In this document: piece after piece, positions 28,158 through 41,400 of the stretch
Numbering within the stretch: the stretch's first letter is position 1
Layout: every line of letters begins with the position of its first letter
The notes under the pieces: model-generated
Databases searched by the model: none
What the model was told of the DNA's origin: nothing
The model's input: the letters and a program-made list of their open reading frames with translations, nothing else
Origin: Octopus vulgaris
Taxonomy: Eukaryota
Length of the DNA: 64,000 bases
Reading direction: 5' to 3'
NCBI GenBank assembly: GCA_951406725.2
Contig: OX597824.1
Location: 1,302,001-1,366,000, forward strand
Made by a program: the position numbers and the translations under genes

Positions 28158-28757
28158 ACCCGCCAATGTACGCCACTAGCCCAGAAGGAATATAAGAGAC
28201 GCCACGACAATGCCAGGCTTGTCCATTGGACACTTTGCAACAAGTATGGACTTGACAGAGCAAAAAATTGGTACGATCACAAACCTGAAGGCATCGTCGA
28301 AAATAGAAATGCAAAGATCTTATGGGATTTTATGATTCAATGCGACAATGAGATTGAGAATAGGAAACCAGACATAGTCTTAATTGAGAAAGAAAACAAA
28401 CTATGCTGGATCATAAATGTAGCATGCCCATCTGATAACAAGGTATGCGATAAGGAAGAAAGAAAAGTCGAGAGATATGACAGGTCATCTTGGGAGGTTA
28501 AGCAATTGTGGTCGATAAAAAAGGTAGTAGTAGTACCAATAATTGTCAGAACCCTGGGAATAGTGAGCAAAAATCTTGAGAAGTACATGGAACAAATACA
28601 GGCTGCAATGAGTATGGAGCACTTGCAGAAAACAGCACTATTTGGAACTGCACGAATACTCCGGATGTTGCTCGAAAAATACGGGGTGTTACCTTAGTTC
28701 ACTGGTAGTGAACAGCTGACACTGTAGTTCATCTCCAGCGTCAGAAGCTGTGCAAAG
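28158..28757 (+). mobile_element. R4/Dong-clade 3' fragment (family B), REL endonuclease frame open
   Basis: CTPLAQKEYKRRHDN (RHD), RKPDIVLIEK (PD), KVERYD, LQKTALFGTARILR; followed by (TAG)/(TAA)n. Confidence 0.92.
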
Positions 28758-28771
28758 TAATAGTAGTAGTA

Positions 28772-28835
<64 letters not shown>

Positions 28836-28836
<1 letters not shown>

Positions 28837-29079
28837 CTATCATAGTAGGTGCATTAGGCATGATAAAAAAATATTCAGACAAATACATAACAAAAACACC
28901 AGGACTTACAAACACATATAACATACAGAAAATTGCACTACTAGGCACTGCACACATCCTACGCAGAACACTTTCCATACAATAACCATCAGAGCATCAC
29001 AACAAATCACAGCACATACCCAAGGCACACAGAGCTGCGCTCGGTAGTGAAGTGAAAGCACGCTATAAAAATAAAACTA

Positions 29080-29082
<3 letters not shown>
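28836..29082 (+). mobile_element. R4/Dong-clade 3' fragment (family A)
   Basis: PIIVGALGMIKKYSDKYITKTPGLTNTYNIQKIALLGTAHILRRTLSIQ*; (AAT)n on both sides. Confidence 0.9.
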
Positions 29083-29168
<86 letters not shown>

Positions 29169-29184
29169 TAATAATAATAATAAA

Positions 29185-29395
29185 TCTTTCTATTGGAAGC
29201 ACAAGGCCTCAAATTTGGGGGAGGGGATAGTCGATTACATCGACCCTAGTGCGTGACTGATACTTATTTCATCGGCCCCGGAAGGATGAAAGGCAAAGTC
29301 GACTTGGGCGAAATTTGAACGCAGAACGTAGCGACAAGCGAAATACTACAAAGCATTTCGGCCGGCGCGTTAAAGATTCTGCCAGCTCACCGCCG
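29185..29395 (-). mobile_element. Meta-like SINE (tail B) embedded in (TAA)n
   Basis: GGAAGGATGAAAGGCAAAGTCGAC...AATTTGAACGCAGAACGTAGCG...TTCTGCCAGCTCACCGCC. Confidence 0.8.
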
Positions 29396-30041
29396 CCGCC
29401 ATAATAATGGTAATGATGGTGGTGGTGATGATGATGATGATGATGATGATGGAGATGAGGTTGTTAACTTCGCTAACCTCATTGGCAAAGAATTCACTTC
29501 TTTCCTGCAAGGCTTTACCGACTTATAAGTTATTAAAAAGCGTATTTAGAACCGGCCACAAACTACACTAAATACTATACAAGCGTACACTGTTTTAACA
29601 AACTGGCCAACTATTATACACAAGAGACCGATCTTTTTTTGTCTTTTTTAGCGAATTATTTATTAAATAGATTTTTTTTCTGTTTGTGTATTTCTGTATG
29701 TTTTTTTTCCTTTTCAGGATATCGTAATAGTATTAAACCTTCAGGATGCGTTGTTTAAGAATTGTTTCATGAATATTTATCACTGACTGCCAGGCAAAAC
29801 TATCTGTTTGATCTCTTCTTCATGTCAGTGCCATCAAAGCATTATTGAGAACTTTATAGTATGTAGTTCATGCCATTAGCAATAGTTCACGAAAAATATT
29901 ATATTTCAGGCGTTAACCTTAATAATAATAATAATAATAATAATAATGATAGTAGTAATAATAATAATAATAATGATGATGATGATGCTGATGATGATGA
30001 TGATAATGACGGCGACAACTACGATGATGACAACGATGACC

Positions 30042-30093
<52 letters not shown>

Positions 30094-30167
30094 TAATACT
30101 ACCACTACTACTAATAATAATGATGATGATGATGATGATGATAATAATAGTAGTAGTAATAGTGGTA

Positions 30168-30215
<48 letters not shown>

Positions 30216-30219
30216 ATAA

Positions 30220-30817
30220 TTGGCTAAGAAGGAATGTATTCACAGACACGACGGAGCCGAGATCTATATACACTGGAAGCTGTGCCAACACTAAGGAATA
30301 CCACCTGAAAAAGATGGTAGAGGCACACGCCAGAAAAGGTCACAGATAATGAGAAAGCAACCATTCACTGGGAATGCCAATACACACAGAGAAGAAAATT
30401 AATGTCAATGGGCCGGATATAATTGTCAGAGATCATAAAGAAAAAACGTTTTCTAATCGATGTATGAATACCAACAGATGACAATGTTTCCCTAAAAGAA
30501 ACGGAGAAACTTTCAAAATACAAAGACCTTGAAATAGTGGTAACTCGAATGTGGAGTCTAAATACAGAAACAATTCCTATTTTAGTAGGTGCATTAGGTA
30601 TGAGAATTATTCAGACAAATACACAACAAAACACCAGGACTTACAAGTGTATATAGCATACAGAAAATAGCACTTCTAGGCACCGCATACATCCTACATA
30701 AAACACTTTCAATACAGTAAAAATAAGAGCATCACAACAAACCACAGCACATACCCAAGGCACACAGAGCTGCGCTCGGTAGTGCAATGAAAGCACGTGA
30801 CAAAAATAAAACTACTG
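30220..30817 (+). mobile_element. R4/Dong-clade 3' fragment (older family A variant)
   Basis: LAKKECIHRHD...HWKLCQH*...GPDIIVRD...EKLSKYKDLEI...VGALGM; 3' UTR homologous to family A. Confidence 0.88.
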
Positions 30818-30829
30818 AATGATAATAAT

Positions 30830-31229
30830 CCTTTCTACTAAAGGCACCAGGTCACAGAATTCTGGGCAGGGGACAGACTAGTCGATTATATTGATCCCAG
30901 TGTTACACAAGTACTTAATTTATCAACGCCGAAAGATTGAAAGGCAAAATCAACCTCGTTGGAATTTGAACTCAGAATGTAGCGACATGCGAAATACCTA
31001 TTTCTTTATTGCCCACAAGGGGCTAAACATAGAGGGGACAAGCAAGGACAGACAAACGGATTAAGTCGATTACATTGACCCCAGTGGGTAACTGGTACTC
31101 TATTTATCGACCCCGAAAGGATGAAAGGCAAAGTCGATCTTGGCGGAATTTGAACTCAGAAAGTAACGGCGGACAAAATACGGCTACGCATTTCGCCCGG
31201 CGTGCTAACGATTCTGCCAGCTCGCCGCC

Positions 31230-31230
<1 letters not shown>
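30830..31230 (-). mobile_element. Nested or chimeric Meta-like SINEs: tail A copy (about 31000-31230) joined to a tail B copy (30830-30999)
   Basis: Two Meta domains but one head; junction GAAATACC|TATTTCTTTATTGCCC. Confidence 0.8.
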
Positions 31231-31283
<53 letters not shown>

Positions 31284-31285
<2 letters not shown>

Positions 31286-32019
31286 CATTGATCATGTTGT
31301 CTCCAAATGCAGTCTTCTAGCGCCTACAGAGTACCTCAACAGGTATGATAGAGCTGCACAATATATTCACTGGGTAATTTGCAAAAATCTGGATTTGCCC
31401 CATGAAAAAAACTGGTGGGAACACAATCCACCTCCAGTGCTTGAAAATGACCACATCTCACTCCTCTGGAACTTCACCATTTAAACTGACAGGAAGATAG
31501 ATGCAAATAGGCCAGACATCATATTGAAAGACTTCAGACAAAGAACATGCCTCCTCATTGATATGACTGTCCCAATCGATATAAACGTATCTGTCAAGAT
31601 CTACCAAAAACTGAGCAAATATAAAGATCTTGAAATAGAAATCAGCAAAATGTGGAAGCTGAAGACTAAAACAATACCTGTTGTCATAGGTGCCCTGGGA
31701 ATGATAGCGAAAAGGACTAATTGCTACCTAACTCAGATACCAGGAAACCCCAAAATGGCAGAAATTCAAAAGATAGTGCTCATGGGAATACTCTCTATGT
31801 AATCCCAAGGTTTAAAACAAACTTTTTAAAAATTTATTTATTTATTTTTTTTATTTATTAAAAAAAATGTTTTTTTATGTATTAGACATTCACTAGTACA
31901 ACACCAAAAAAAAAAAACCCCAAATATATGGCACAGAACTTCCAACCTGTTGTCTCTTGAGGTCTCTGGGTGAGACTTGGAGCCAACTTGTACAGACATA
32001 AAGCTAAAAGTCAAACATA

Positions 32020-32020
<1 letters not shown>
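31284..32020 (+). mobile_element. R4/Dong-clade 3' fragment (family C)
   Basis: TIDHVVSKC (end of CCHC)...NRYDRAAQYIHW...NRPDIILKD...LLIDMTVP...KLSKYKDLEIEI...VIGALG; (AAT)n on both sides. Confidence 0.92.
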
Positions 32021-32093
<73 letters not shown>

Positions 32094-32574
32094 GAAAGTC
32101 TGATGACGTACATGTAAAATTAATGGCCCCACATATCCCGAATTAGAAATGAATAAAAATGAGTTAAATAAATAAATAAAGTGAGGTTGAAGAAAAGAAA
32201 TATAACAAAGATTTGCGTGTTTAAGAACGAAGACTTAAAAATAAATTGTAAATTGATGAGAGCAAACCAAAATAATACGATAACGGCACCCGACCGACAA
32301 ATAGAGATGTTTTCAGTTATTGATTGGTTTTCCAGGAATCTATTATAAGAATAAGACTTTAATCGACCGAAACAAAGAAATGTATTACATGTGTCGATCC
32401 CTGGGGCCACTTGAAAGGTAAACCAGAGAACTGTAAGGAAAGGGTCCTAGAACAGTGATACATCAAATGAAAAACTGTAATGAACTTAATGCGCTTCACT
32501 AATGTCTGGGCTCAACCTCCGACACAAAACTACAACACCAACAACATCAACACTATTACCTATTGTTATTTCTA

Positions 32575-33170
32575 AGGCGGCGAGCGAAATGCTTAGCAGT
32601 CTTTACGTTCCGATTTCAAATTTGGCCAAGGTCGAATTTACCTTTCATCCTTTCGGGGTCAATAAATTAAGTACCAGTTGCATACTTGGGTACATCTAAT
32701 CGACTGGCCTCCGCCCCCAAAATTTCGGGCCTTGTGCCAAGCGTAGAAAAAACAAATTTCTACTTGTTTCTGATTTAATCACATGGCCAGTAATTTTAGT
32801 CGATACATCAACCCCCAAGTACTACATTGGGACTTGATTTTATCGATCCCTTAAAGAATGAAAGGCACTGTTAATCTCGATGGGATTTGAACTCAGAATG
32901 TAAAGTGCTGGATGATGTACTGCAAAGCATTTTTCGGATGATTCTGTCATCTCACTGACTTATGATGTTTTCTGACTTAGGCATAATGGCAGCGATATCG
33001 AAGGGAGGGTGATTCGTCGTTACCATCGATCCCTGTTTTTGAGAGGTACTCTTTTCATGAACCCTAAGAAGCTGAAGACCAAAGGTAACTGCGGAGAGAT
33101 TTGAATTCAGAACGGAAAGTGCCGAATGACATGTTGCAAGGCATTTTGTCGACGCTTTTATGATCCACCG
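32575..33170. mobile_element. Cluster of three Meta-like SINE remnants (first +, then two -)
   Basis: AAGGCGGCGAGC...CCTTTCATCCTTTCGGGGTCAATAAATTAAGTACCAG on +; two decayed ATTTGAAYTCAGAA copies on -. Confidence 0.65.
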
Positions 33171-33176
33171 CCGCCA

Positions 33177-33345
33177 GAACATTTTTGAACTTGGTATACC
33201 AATCACTAGCGGTTCTTTCAGCTATGGTACCCTCTCTATATACAGCACAAAAGTCGCGAGCAGCTTTTGAGGCCTTAGAACCTTGATTAAAAGCAAAAAG
33301 AAGGTGTCGAAAATGCTCCTTTTACTTAACTTGACATTACATTTT
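33177..33345 (-). pseudogene. mariner transposase N-terminal relic
   Basis: KEHFRHLLFAFNQGSKASKAARDFCAVYREGTIAERTASDWYTKFKN. Confidence 0.8.
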
Positions 33346-34683
33346 AATGATCTGAAAATAAACAAAAATTAACTAAAATTAACTAAAAAAATATAAATTC
33401 AAAAATGATTCAAAAATAGAATTCTCGAAAAAATATTTAAAATTTAAAAACGCAATAAATTCCAGAATTTTTTTTTAAATGGCAGAAACTAAGTTGCCAA
33501 CCCAGTACAAGGAAACATATATTGCTCCTCCAAGTCAAACATGATTCGTTAACCATATCATGTCAAAAAAAACACGAAACAAAGTAATAGCGCTCTAAAG
33601 CTAAGGCAACCAGTTCCATTCCCGTAAAAATGGTACCTTCTTGGAGACATGTTTATGTCTTTTAGCCTTCACTCTAGCTCTAATCATATTAAGAAATCTG
33701 CTCTTTGAACCCAGCGTTTGGTAATAGATGCTTCGATAAACTAGAAGCCATATCCTCTATGTCGATGATTTATGGCTATCTCTCTATAATAACAGTTCTC
33801 ATAAACGTTGGCTTGTTGGTTGCAGTGGCCCAACAAAAAAAAATTGTTTAGAGGGTGCAAACCCAGGTCCCAAATTTATAATGAAAACTGTGGACTTTTT
33901 CAATATTAACATTAAAGCAAATGCAGGTATAACAATAATTTCATTATTGTGAGAGTCGGCTGAAATGTTCATAGGCTGAGCAAAACACTCTCATGGAACG
34001 GAACCAAGTGAAGTTCATGGTTTAAAAAATTCTTCAAGGTAGTGTCCCAGCATGGCCTCAGTCTAATGACTGAAACAAGTAAAAGGTGAAAATACAAAAA
34101 AATAGACCATTAGAACTTTTGTCCTCTTTCACACTTTAATTATGGGGCATTTGTCCGAGGGGATTTTATCCCTGGGGCTTTTTTCCTAGGGGTCTTTTGT
34201 CCTACACACGATGTGAATGAAGGCAGATGAAAAAAATACATCTTACCAGTGCATTGGTCAAGTAGAAAAAAGATGAGTGATAAAAAATTGGATGGTCTTT
34301 TGGTACGAACAAGTGAAGAAAGAGAGACAGAGTGGAGTAGAGAGGGTTGGGGGAGAGCAAGTAGGAAGAAAGAGGGAGTGCAGAGAAAAAAGGGAATAAA
34401 GATAGACAGTAGGTAGTTGACAGAGATGGACCGAGGAAGAAACAGAAGGTAGTAAATAGAGAAAGGCAGCAGAGAGGTAGAGAGGCAGATAGAAATAGAT
34501 GGGGAAGGTTTTGCCCACAAGAGGGGAGAGGAGAAGAACAGAGAAAAATAGATAGAAAAGAGAGAAAGTCTGGCACTAAATATTGAATACTGTGTGGGGG
34601 TAGCACTGAGTGGGAACAGAAGTGGGATGTGTGACATATTGATTAATAACCATAAAAGGTTGCACAGAAACTCGACATATGCA

Positions 34684-35228
<545 letters not shown>

Positions 35229-35364
35229 AAACACACCTAGCATTGTAGGTGTTTCTAACACATTCTGTCATATTTAATGACAATTACAGTTTTTTTTTCC
35301 CGTGATTCATTGCTCAACCGCTGTCTGATTTAATTATATATATTTACTACGTACCTTCTACTCT

Positions 35365-35555
35365 TCTACTTGTTCCAACCATTTCTCTGTGGCTATAATG
35401 GAGTATTGCTTTAAGGGTTTTAGTCGAAGAATTTGACCTCAGAACTTATGCTTTGTAAGCCTAACATATATTCTATCTATCAATTTTGCCGAATTGCTAA
35501 GTGACGGAGAACGTAAACACACCAGCATTGGTTGATATGCGATGGTGGGAGAACA
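35365..35555 (-). mobile_element. 3' half of OR-type SINE
   Basis: TTGCCGAATTGCTAAGTGACGG...AAACACACCAGCATTGGTTG matches 50296-50345. Confidence 0.65.
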
Positions 35556-35561
35556 AACAAA

Positions 35562-35621
<60 letters not shown>

Positions 35622-35679
35622 ACACACACACACACACAGTTAAGGTATATTCTTGTTGACTCCAATTTTTTCAATAGTG

Positions 35680-36260
35680 ATGGAAAACCTGAAGAAACTC
35701 GATATGAACAAAAATGATTGGGAAAATGATGTTGTAGATCAGAACAAGTGGAGAAGTGATGTTAGGACTGGTTGAAAAACATGGGAGGAAAAGAGGATTC
35801 AGCAGTCTGAACTTAAAAGAGTCTGTCGCAAAGGAACAATTGGGACTGGAATCAACAGTGAACATTGGGTATGTATTATATGTGACCGTGTTCTGTTGTC
35901 AAAAGCAGGATACGTGAATTATGTGAAGTCACATGAAAATTGTAATGGCCAGACATGTAATGATCTTGGACACCAACCGCCTCTTACGACTTGTGTCATA
36001 TGTCAAAAAACTTGTAAGACAATATCTGGGCTTAAAAGACATGTGCTGGTTCACGAAAACATTCCTTCAGAATCAGATTCCAAAGGGCAAAGATATAGAA
36101 GAAACTTGAATAATATCTGTCGCTTGTGTTTTAAACCCTGTCAGTCAGCAGCTGATCTTAAAAGTCATTTTAGGGCTCATCAAAGGAGTGCTGTGTGAAG
36201 GTGTGTGTGTGTGTGTGTGTGTGTTGATGGGACGGCTCTCATCTGTCAAGATGAAGCAAT
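35680..36260 (+). mobile_element. RTE-clade LINE 3' end with three C2H2 zinc fingers
   Basis: One frame from 35680: LKKLDMNKNDWENDVVDQNKWRSDVRTG*KTWEEKR...KRVCRK (RTE C-terminal pattern), then CIIC..NYVKSH, CVICQK..RHVLVH, CRLCFK..SHFRAH*; stop at 36198. Confidence 0.7.
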
Positions 36261-37418
36261 ATGGTAGCAAGTTGAAAAATTCCATCCAAGTGGTGTGGGA
36301 GGGTGGTGGCGTTGCTACAGCGGCGGCGGCGTACGATGTGTGTTTTGGCATTGGCTGATGCTGCTTGTACGAATTGCATGTTTTTGTCCCAGGTAAACGA
36401 GTGACATTGCAGTTACTGCGTATGCAGAGTCTCTCGCATTGAGAAAACTGGCATATTTTGGGGTATCATGCGATTATAGATTTTACTTTATTTACAGTTG
36501 GCAGATTTATCATGGAACTGTGAGGCGTAGATTCAAAATGAAGCGGACAGAGGTGGGAAGAAAGGAGTGACAGTAGTAGTGGTCATGGTTGTAATAGTAG
36601 AATATTATGGCAATGATGAAGATGGGTCAGTTGTAGTATTCAGCGAAAACAAAGAATGTGGATAGCTGGACAGTGAAGGAGTTTAATAGGTCATCAATTG
36701 TGCTAGTTTTGAAGAGTGACCATACTGCTGGTCATGCTGCTGTTGTTGTTGTTGACGCCATCTATGTCTTCTTTAAATGTTGATGTTGACGATGCCTGAG
36801 TTCAGTAATATATCCTTCTAGAGAATTCCCTTGGGAATTTAATGACCAGCTTCACCAGTTAACATTTTGGTCTTTTTATTTATTCATTTTTGTCCTTTGT
36901 TCTTGTTTTAAGAAGGGACCTAACTTCAAGCAACTTTTTACAGATCAATATTTAGACACTGTTTTCTAAACCTGGCAAAGTATGTAGGGGGTACAAATTT
37001 TGATTTTGCATCTGCTAAAAGTTTTAGGTACCCGGGCCCTTGGTTGGTTGGTTAGTCGGTTAGTTGGTTGACCTCTTCAGTCGCGCTTACATCGTATAGG
37101 TAGGAGAGGAGAGAAATAACTGGTTACCACAAGATTCCTTCCATCATTTTGAATAAACAACAAACAATTTAATAAAAAGTTAAATTATAATTATTGCATG
37201 GAAGCCATAATCCCTGATATTGTCCATGGTACCCAGAAGACTCTTCCAAAATCACCCGTTTACATTATATAGCTCAATAAATCTCAATAACTACTCGAAA
37301 TCCCAAGCCAAAACAAAATATATTCGATGCTGTAAATGTCCCAGGAGGGGCAATTAATAGTTATTTTATATCTTACGTATTACGTATTATTGTTGCGTAA
37401 GGAAATATTTTGTTTAGA

Positions 37419-37470
<52 letters not shown>

Positions 37471-37721
37471 GTCGTCGTCACCTTCCTCCTCAACACTATC
37501 ATTATCAGCATCAATATCATTATATTTCCTGTTATTTTCGTATCAACAACATTACGTAAATTTCATGTGACAAGAGAGAAAGAGAGAAAAGTAATAAACG
37601 AAGGCAAAATATACAAATATTTTCTCTCTCTCTCTCTCTCTCTGACACACACATACATGCACACGCGTAAGCGCATTCATATATGATATAAATATATGCA
37701 ACCATACGCACATCCCATGTA

Positions 37722-38810
37722 TGTTAGTTAGTTAGTTAAATTGGCTCAAAAGCAAATAGCAAGGCCATGTAGGGGGACATGGAGTTAAGTACAGGGTGGT
37801 GTTCATGTAAAAAGTTCAGGCCACTTGAGGTCCAGGGAGGCTTTGAACAAAGCGGTCGTCGGCATCTTCACCATCTCGTCTGGCAGCTTGTTCCACGGAT
37901 CCGCAACCCGGACGGAGAAAGCTCCTCTCCTTCGATTGAGATGAAATCGTCGCAGGTAGAGCTTTTCGGAATGACCCCGCAGCCGACGCTCTGGAGCAGG
38001 AGTGAAGAACAGCTCTTTCGAGAGGTTACACTTTCCGCTTATGATGTTGTGGGCGAGAATAAGATCACCACGGCGGCGGCGTTTTTCAAGAGAATAAAGG
38101 TCGAGCGTCCTCAGCCTTTCTTCGTAGGACAAATTTTTGAGACGATGAACCATGCGGGTAGCCAGCTTCTGGACTCTTTCGAGATGCTGTATGTCTTTGA
38201 GGAGATAAGGAGAAGAGGCTTGAATCCCATACTCCAATATGGGTCTCACCAGTGTGACATAGAGTGGTAGGAATATGGCTGCTGTGAGCATTCCGAATGA
38301 CCGTCGAATCAAGAACAGAATTCCGCGTGCTTTGTTGGCAGCATGGACGCACTGGGCTGAAGGCGAAAAGGAGGAATCCACCGAGATACCCAGGTCCTTT
38401 ACCTGATCGGTCCTCTCCAGTAGCAGACGACCCGGCTCGAAATCAAGTTGAGTTGCAGGAGTAGAGCCGACAGGCAGATGACAGCACTTTGACACGTTCA
38501 GACACAGGTCCCAATCGTTAGACCACTTCCAAATTTGGTGGAGGCATCGACGAAGATCCTCTATATTACCGCGAGGAGCGACCAGTTTGATATCGTCAGC
38601 AAATAGAAGGGTGTGTTGCGTGAGGTCGTCGGGCAAGTCATTTATGAAGACTAAGAACAACAAGGGCCCAAGCACTGAACCTTGAGGCACGCCACTGCTC
38701 GCACTGGAGACGTCGGACCGCGAACCATTAACTTGGACTTGGAAGGAGCGATCTGAGAGGAAGGCACCAACCCATCGTACAATATCCGGATGGAAACTAT
38801 ATGCTTGAAG
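37722..38810 (-). mobile_element. Young 5'-truncated CR1-clade LINE: uninterrupted RT and C-terminus, 3' UTR, (TAAC)n tail
   Basis: SGVPQGSVLGPLLFLVFINDL, LFADD, KDLG, RPILEYG, RGDLI, WNKLP; no stops over ~335 codons. 3' stem CCATGT/ACATGG. Confidence 0.95.
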
Positions 38811-39184
38811 CATACATAACAAACATATACACATACATAATATAAATATAAGCATTCAATTACATAATATATATATATGTATATATATATATACATAATA
38901 CATACATACCTATGGTGGTTCCCTCTATTTTCAGCCAAATAATCTTTGAATTGATTAGATTCAACCATGAACCTACCAAAACGCATATCTGAAACAGCTG
39001 TAAGACGCAAATAAATAAGGGTATATAGCCCATTATACACATACATACATACATACATACATACATACATACATACATACATACGTACGTACATACGTAC
39101 ATACATTCATGCATACATACATATACAATCATATATATATATGTATACATGTATACACATACATATATAACTACACCTATAACT

Positions 39185-39555
<371 letters not shown>

Positions 39556-40209
39556 CGTATTGTGTGTACGTGTGTGTATATATTTCAAATTATTTCGTGA
39601 GACTCGGTGTGAATTATGCATTTCTCATTGTCTTTTATTGTCTGTTTAACATCAGTTATTCATAGTTAACAATAATAAGTTACTTGCAAAAGAACTATTT
39701 CTGTGTAGCAACAATATATGAAACAAAAAAGTAGTAAATCGTTAAATAAAAACGAAAATACGAGTATAAAACAGCCTTTAGCGATGAATATATATTGAAA
39801 TATAATGAAACATTATTTTCCTTCATCATTTTTCATATTTTTGTTGTTCTTTGTCTTAATTTATCCGAACTAGACTCTAGACAATTCGAAATCCGTTAAT
39901 TGATAGCTAACCGTATGCAGGCGAAAATAAATCAAATTGTCTCTCTTCTGACACAGCTTTCAAAAAAAAAAAAGAACAATAATAGAGACACACTAATATG
40001 AAAAGTGTCCGATGGAACTGGAGATAAAGATGTATGGCACGGCCACACATACACACGAATATATTTGGAAACACATTTAACATACATACATACATGCGCG
40101 CGTTCGCACAACACGCACATATCTATAATATACCGATGATTTAGTAAATTGCAAAAAAATAATCAAAACGTATAATATATATATATATATAAATATATAT
40201 ATAAATTTA

Positions 40210-40602
40210 ACTCTTTTACTTGTTTCAGTGATTTGACTGCGGCCATGCTGAAGCACCACTTTTAGTAGCACAAATCGACCGCAGGACTTATTCTTTGTAA
40301 GCCTAGTACTTATTCTATCGGTCACTTTCCGACACGCTACGTTACGGGGACGTAAACACACCAACACCGGTTGTCAAGCGATGTGGGGGGGAACACAGAC
40401 ATACACATATACACACAAATACACACGCACGCATGTATACGATGGGCTTCTTTTAGTTTGTGTGTACCCAATCCATTCACATGGTTTAGGTCGACCCGGA
40501 CCTAAAATAGTAGAGAATTGCCCGAGGTGCCACGCAGTGGGACTGAATCGTGACCCGTGTGGTTGGGAAGTAAGCTTCTTACCACACAGCCGCGCCTGCG
40601 CC
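40210..40602 (-). mobile_element. OR-type CORE-SINE
   Basis: Collinear with 50165-50586. Confidence 0.85.
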
Positions 40603-40607
40603 TGTCG

Positions 40608-40669
<62 letters not shown>

Positions 40670-40670
<1 letters not shown>

Positions 40671-41400
40671 AAAGAATAAAAAGTTTTGAATGGTACCACA
40701 ATGCACTCTAATACAGACAATGGGCTGAGTATAACTGTTGTAATTTAGTCATCCATAGTCTGATATGATATTTCGGAATAATATTCCTTCTTCAGATATT
40801 CTTAGATGGAGTCGCTGCTATTGGCACCGAGTGGAGGTGCTGAATTGTACTGGAAAACACATCTCTACCGGCTGCTTTTCTGTAGAACTCGCTGTGGATC
40901 TCCCCTTCTTCCGTTATGTTCAGTTTGAAGTGAATAGTCACAGAATGATCACATGTGACATTGTTTAGGTAATCTTTTTTTTTGAGTGGTTCTTTGAAGA
41001 TACCGTTTTCCGATGGCCGGTGCATAACCGAAGGGTGTTTCCAGATGGTGGTGTGGCTCATTTCACTCACCTTGGCGGCATCCGAAAAACTCAGATGTGA
41101 TCATCTTGGTTGATTGTCAATGGCACGATTATCGGTTTTATATTATTTTATATATATATATATATATATCATATATATATATATTGCTTATATTTCGGAA
41201 TGGTCATATTCTAACATAGCAACCATTCAGCATGAGCCAATAAAAACACATGCGAATTTTGTCCATTTCAAGAGAAGTGCATACTATATATTTGGTGTTA
41301 TTTTGCTTCAGTGATATTTATTTCTTACATTAATCTTAATCTTATTTCGGCCAAAGTTCTTTCGTCACACTCCTGTGACCGCATCAGTGGTCCTTTGTTT
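40670..41400 (-). mobile_element. Penelope-like relics: RT-thumb-like peptide and two imperfect hammerhead motifs
   Basis: LNITEEGEIHSEFYRKAAGRDVF resembles the PLE 'YRKP' thumb. CTGAAGA-A-GGAAT/ATTCC-GAAA near 40760-40800. GGACCA-CTGATGC-G-GTCAC/GTGAC-GAAA-GAAC-TT-TGGCC at 41349-41393. Confidence 0.5.

Noticed and set aside
28158-31802. Fanzor/TnpB-like or stand-alone host nuclease
   Set aside because: The RHD, PD and K..KY motifs, 5' truncation and TAA tails fit the REL domain of R4-clade retrotransposons; no RuvC motifs seen.
34143-34210. DNA transposon end with repeated GGGG..TTT.TCC motifs
   Set aside because: No matching opposite end or TSD found, so it could not be classified.
35896-36198. 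Host C2H2 zinc-finger gene
   Set aside because: No TGEKP linkers; in frame with an RTE-like C-terminus that contains a stop.
37779-38270. 163-aa plus-strand ORF
   Set aside because: Antisense shadow of the GC-rich CR1 RT frame.
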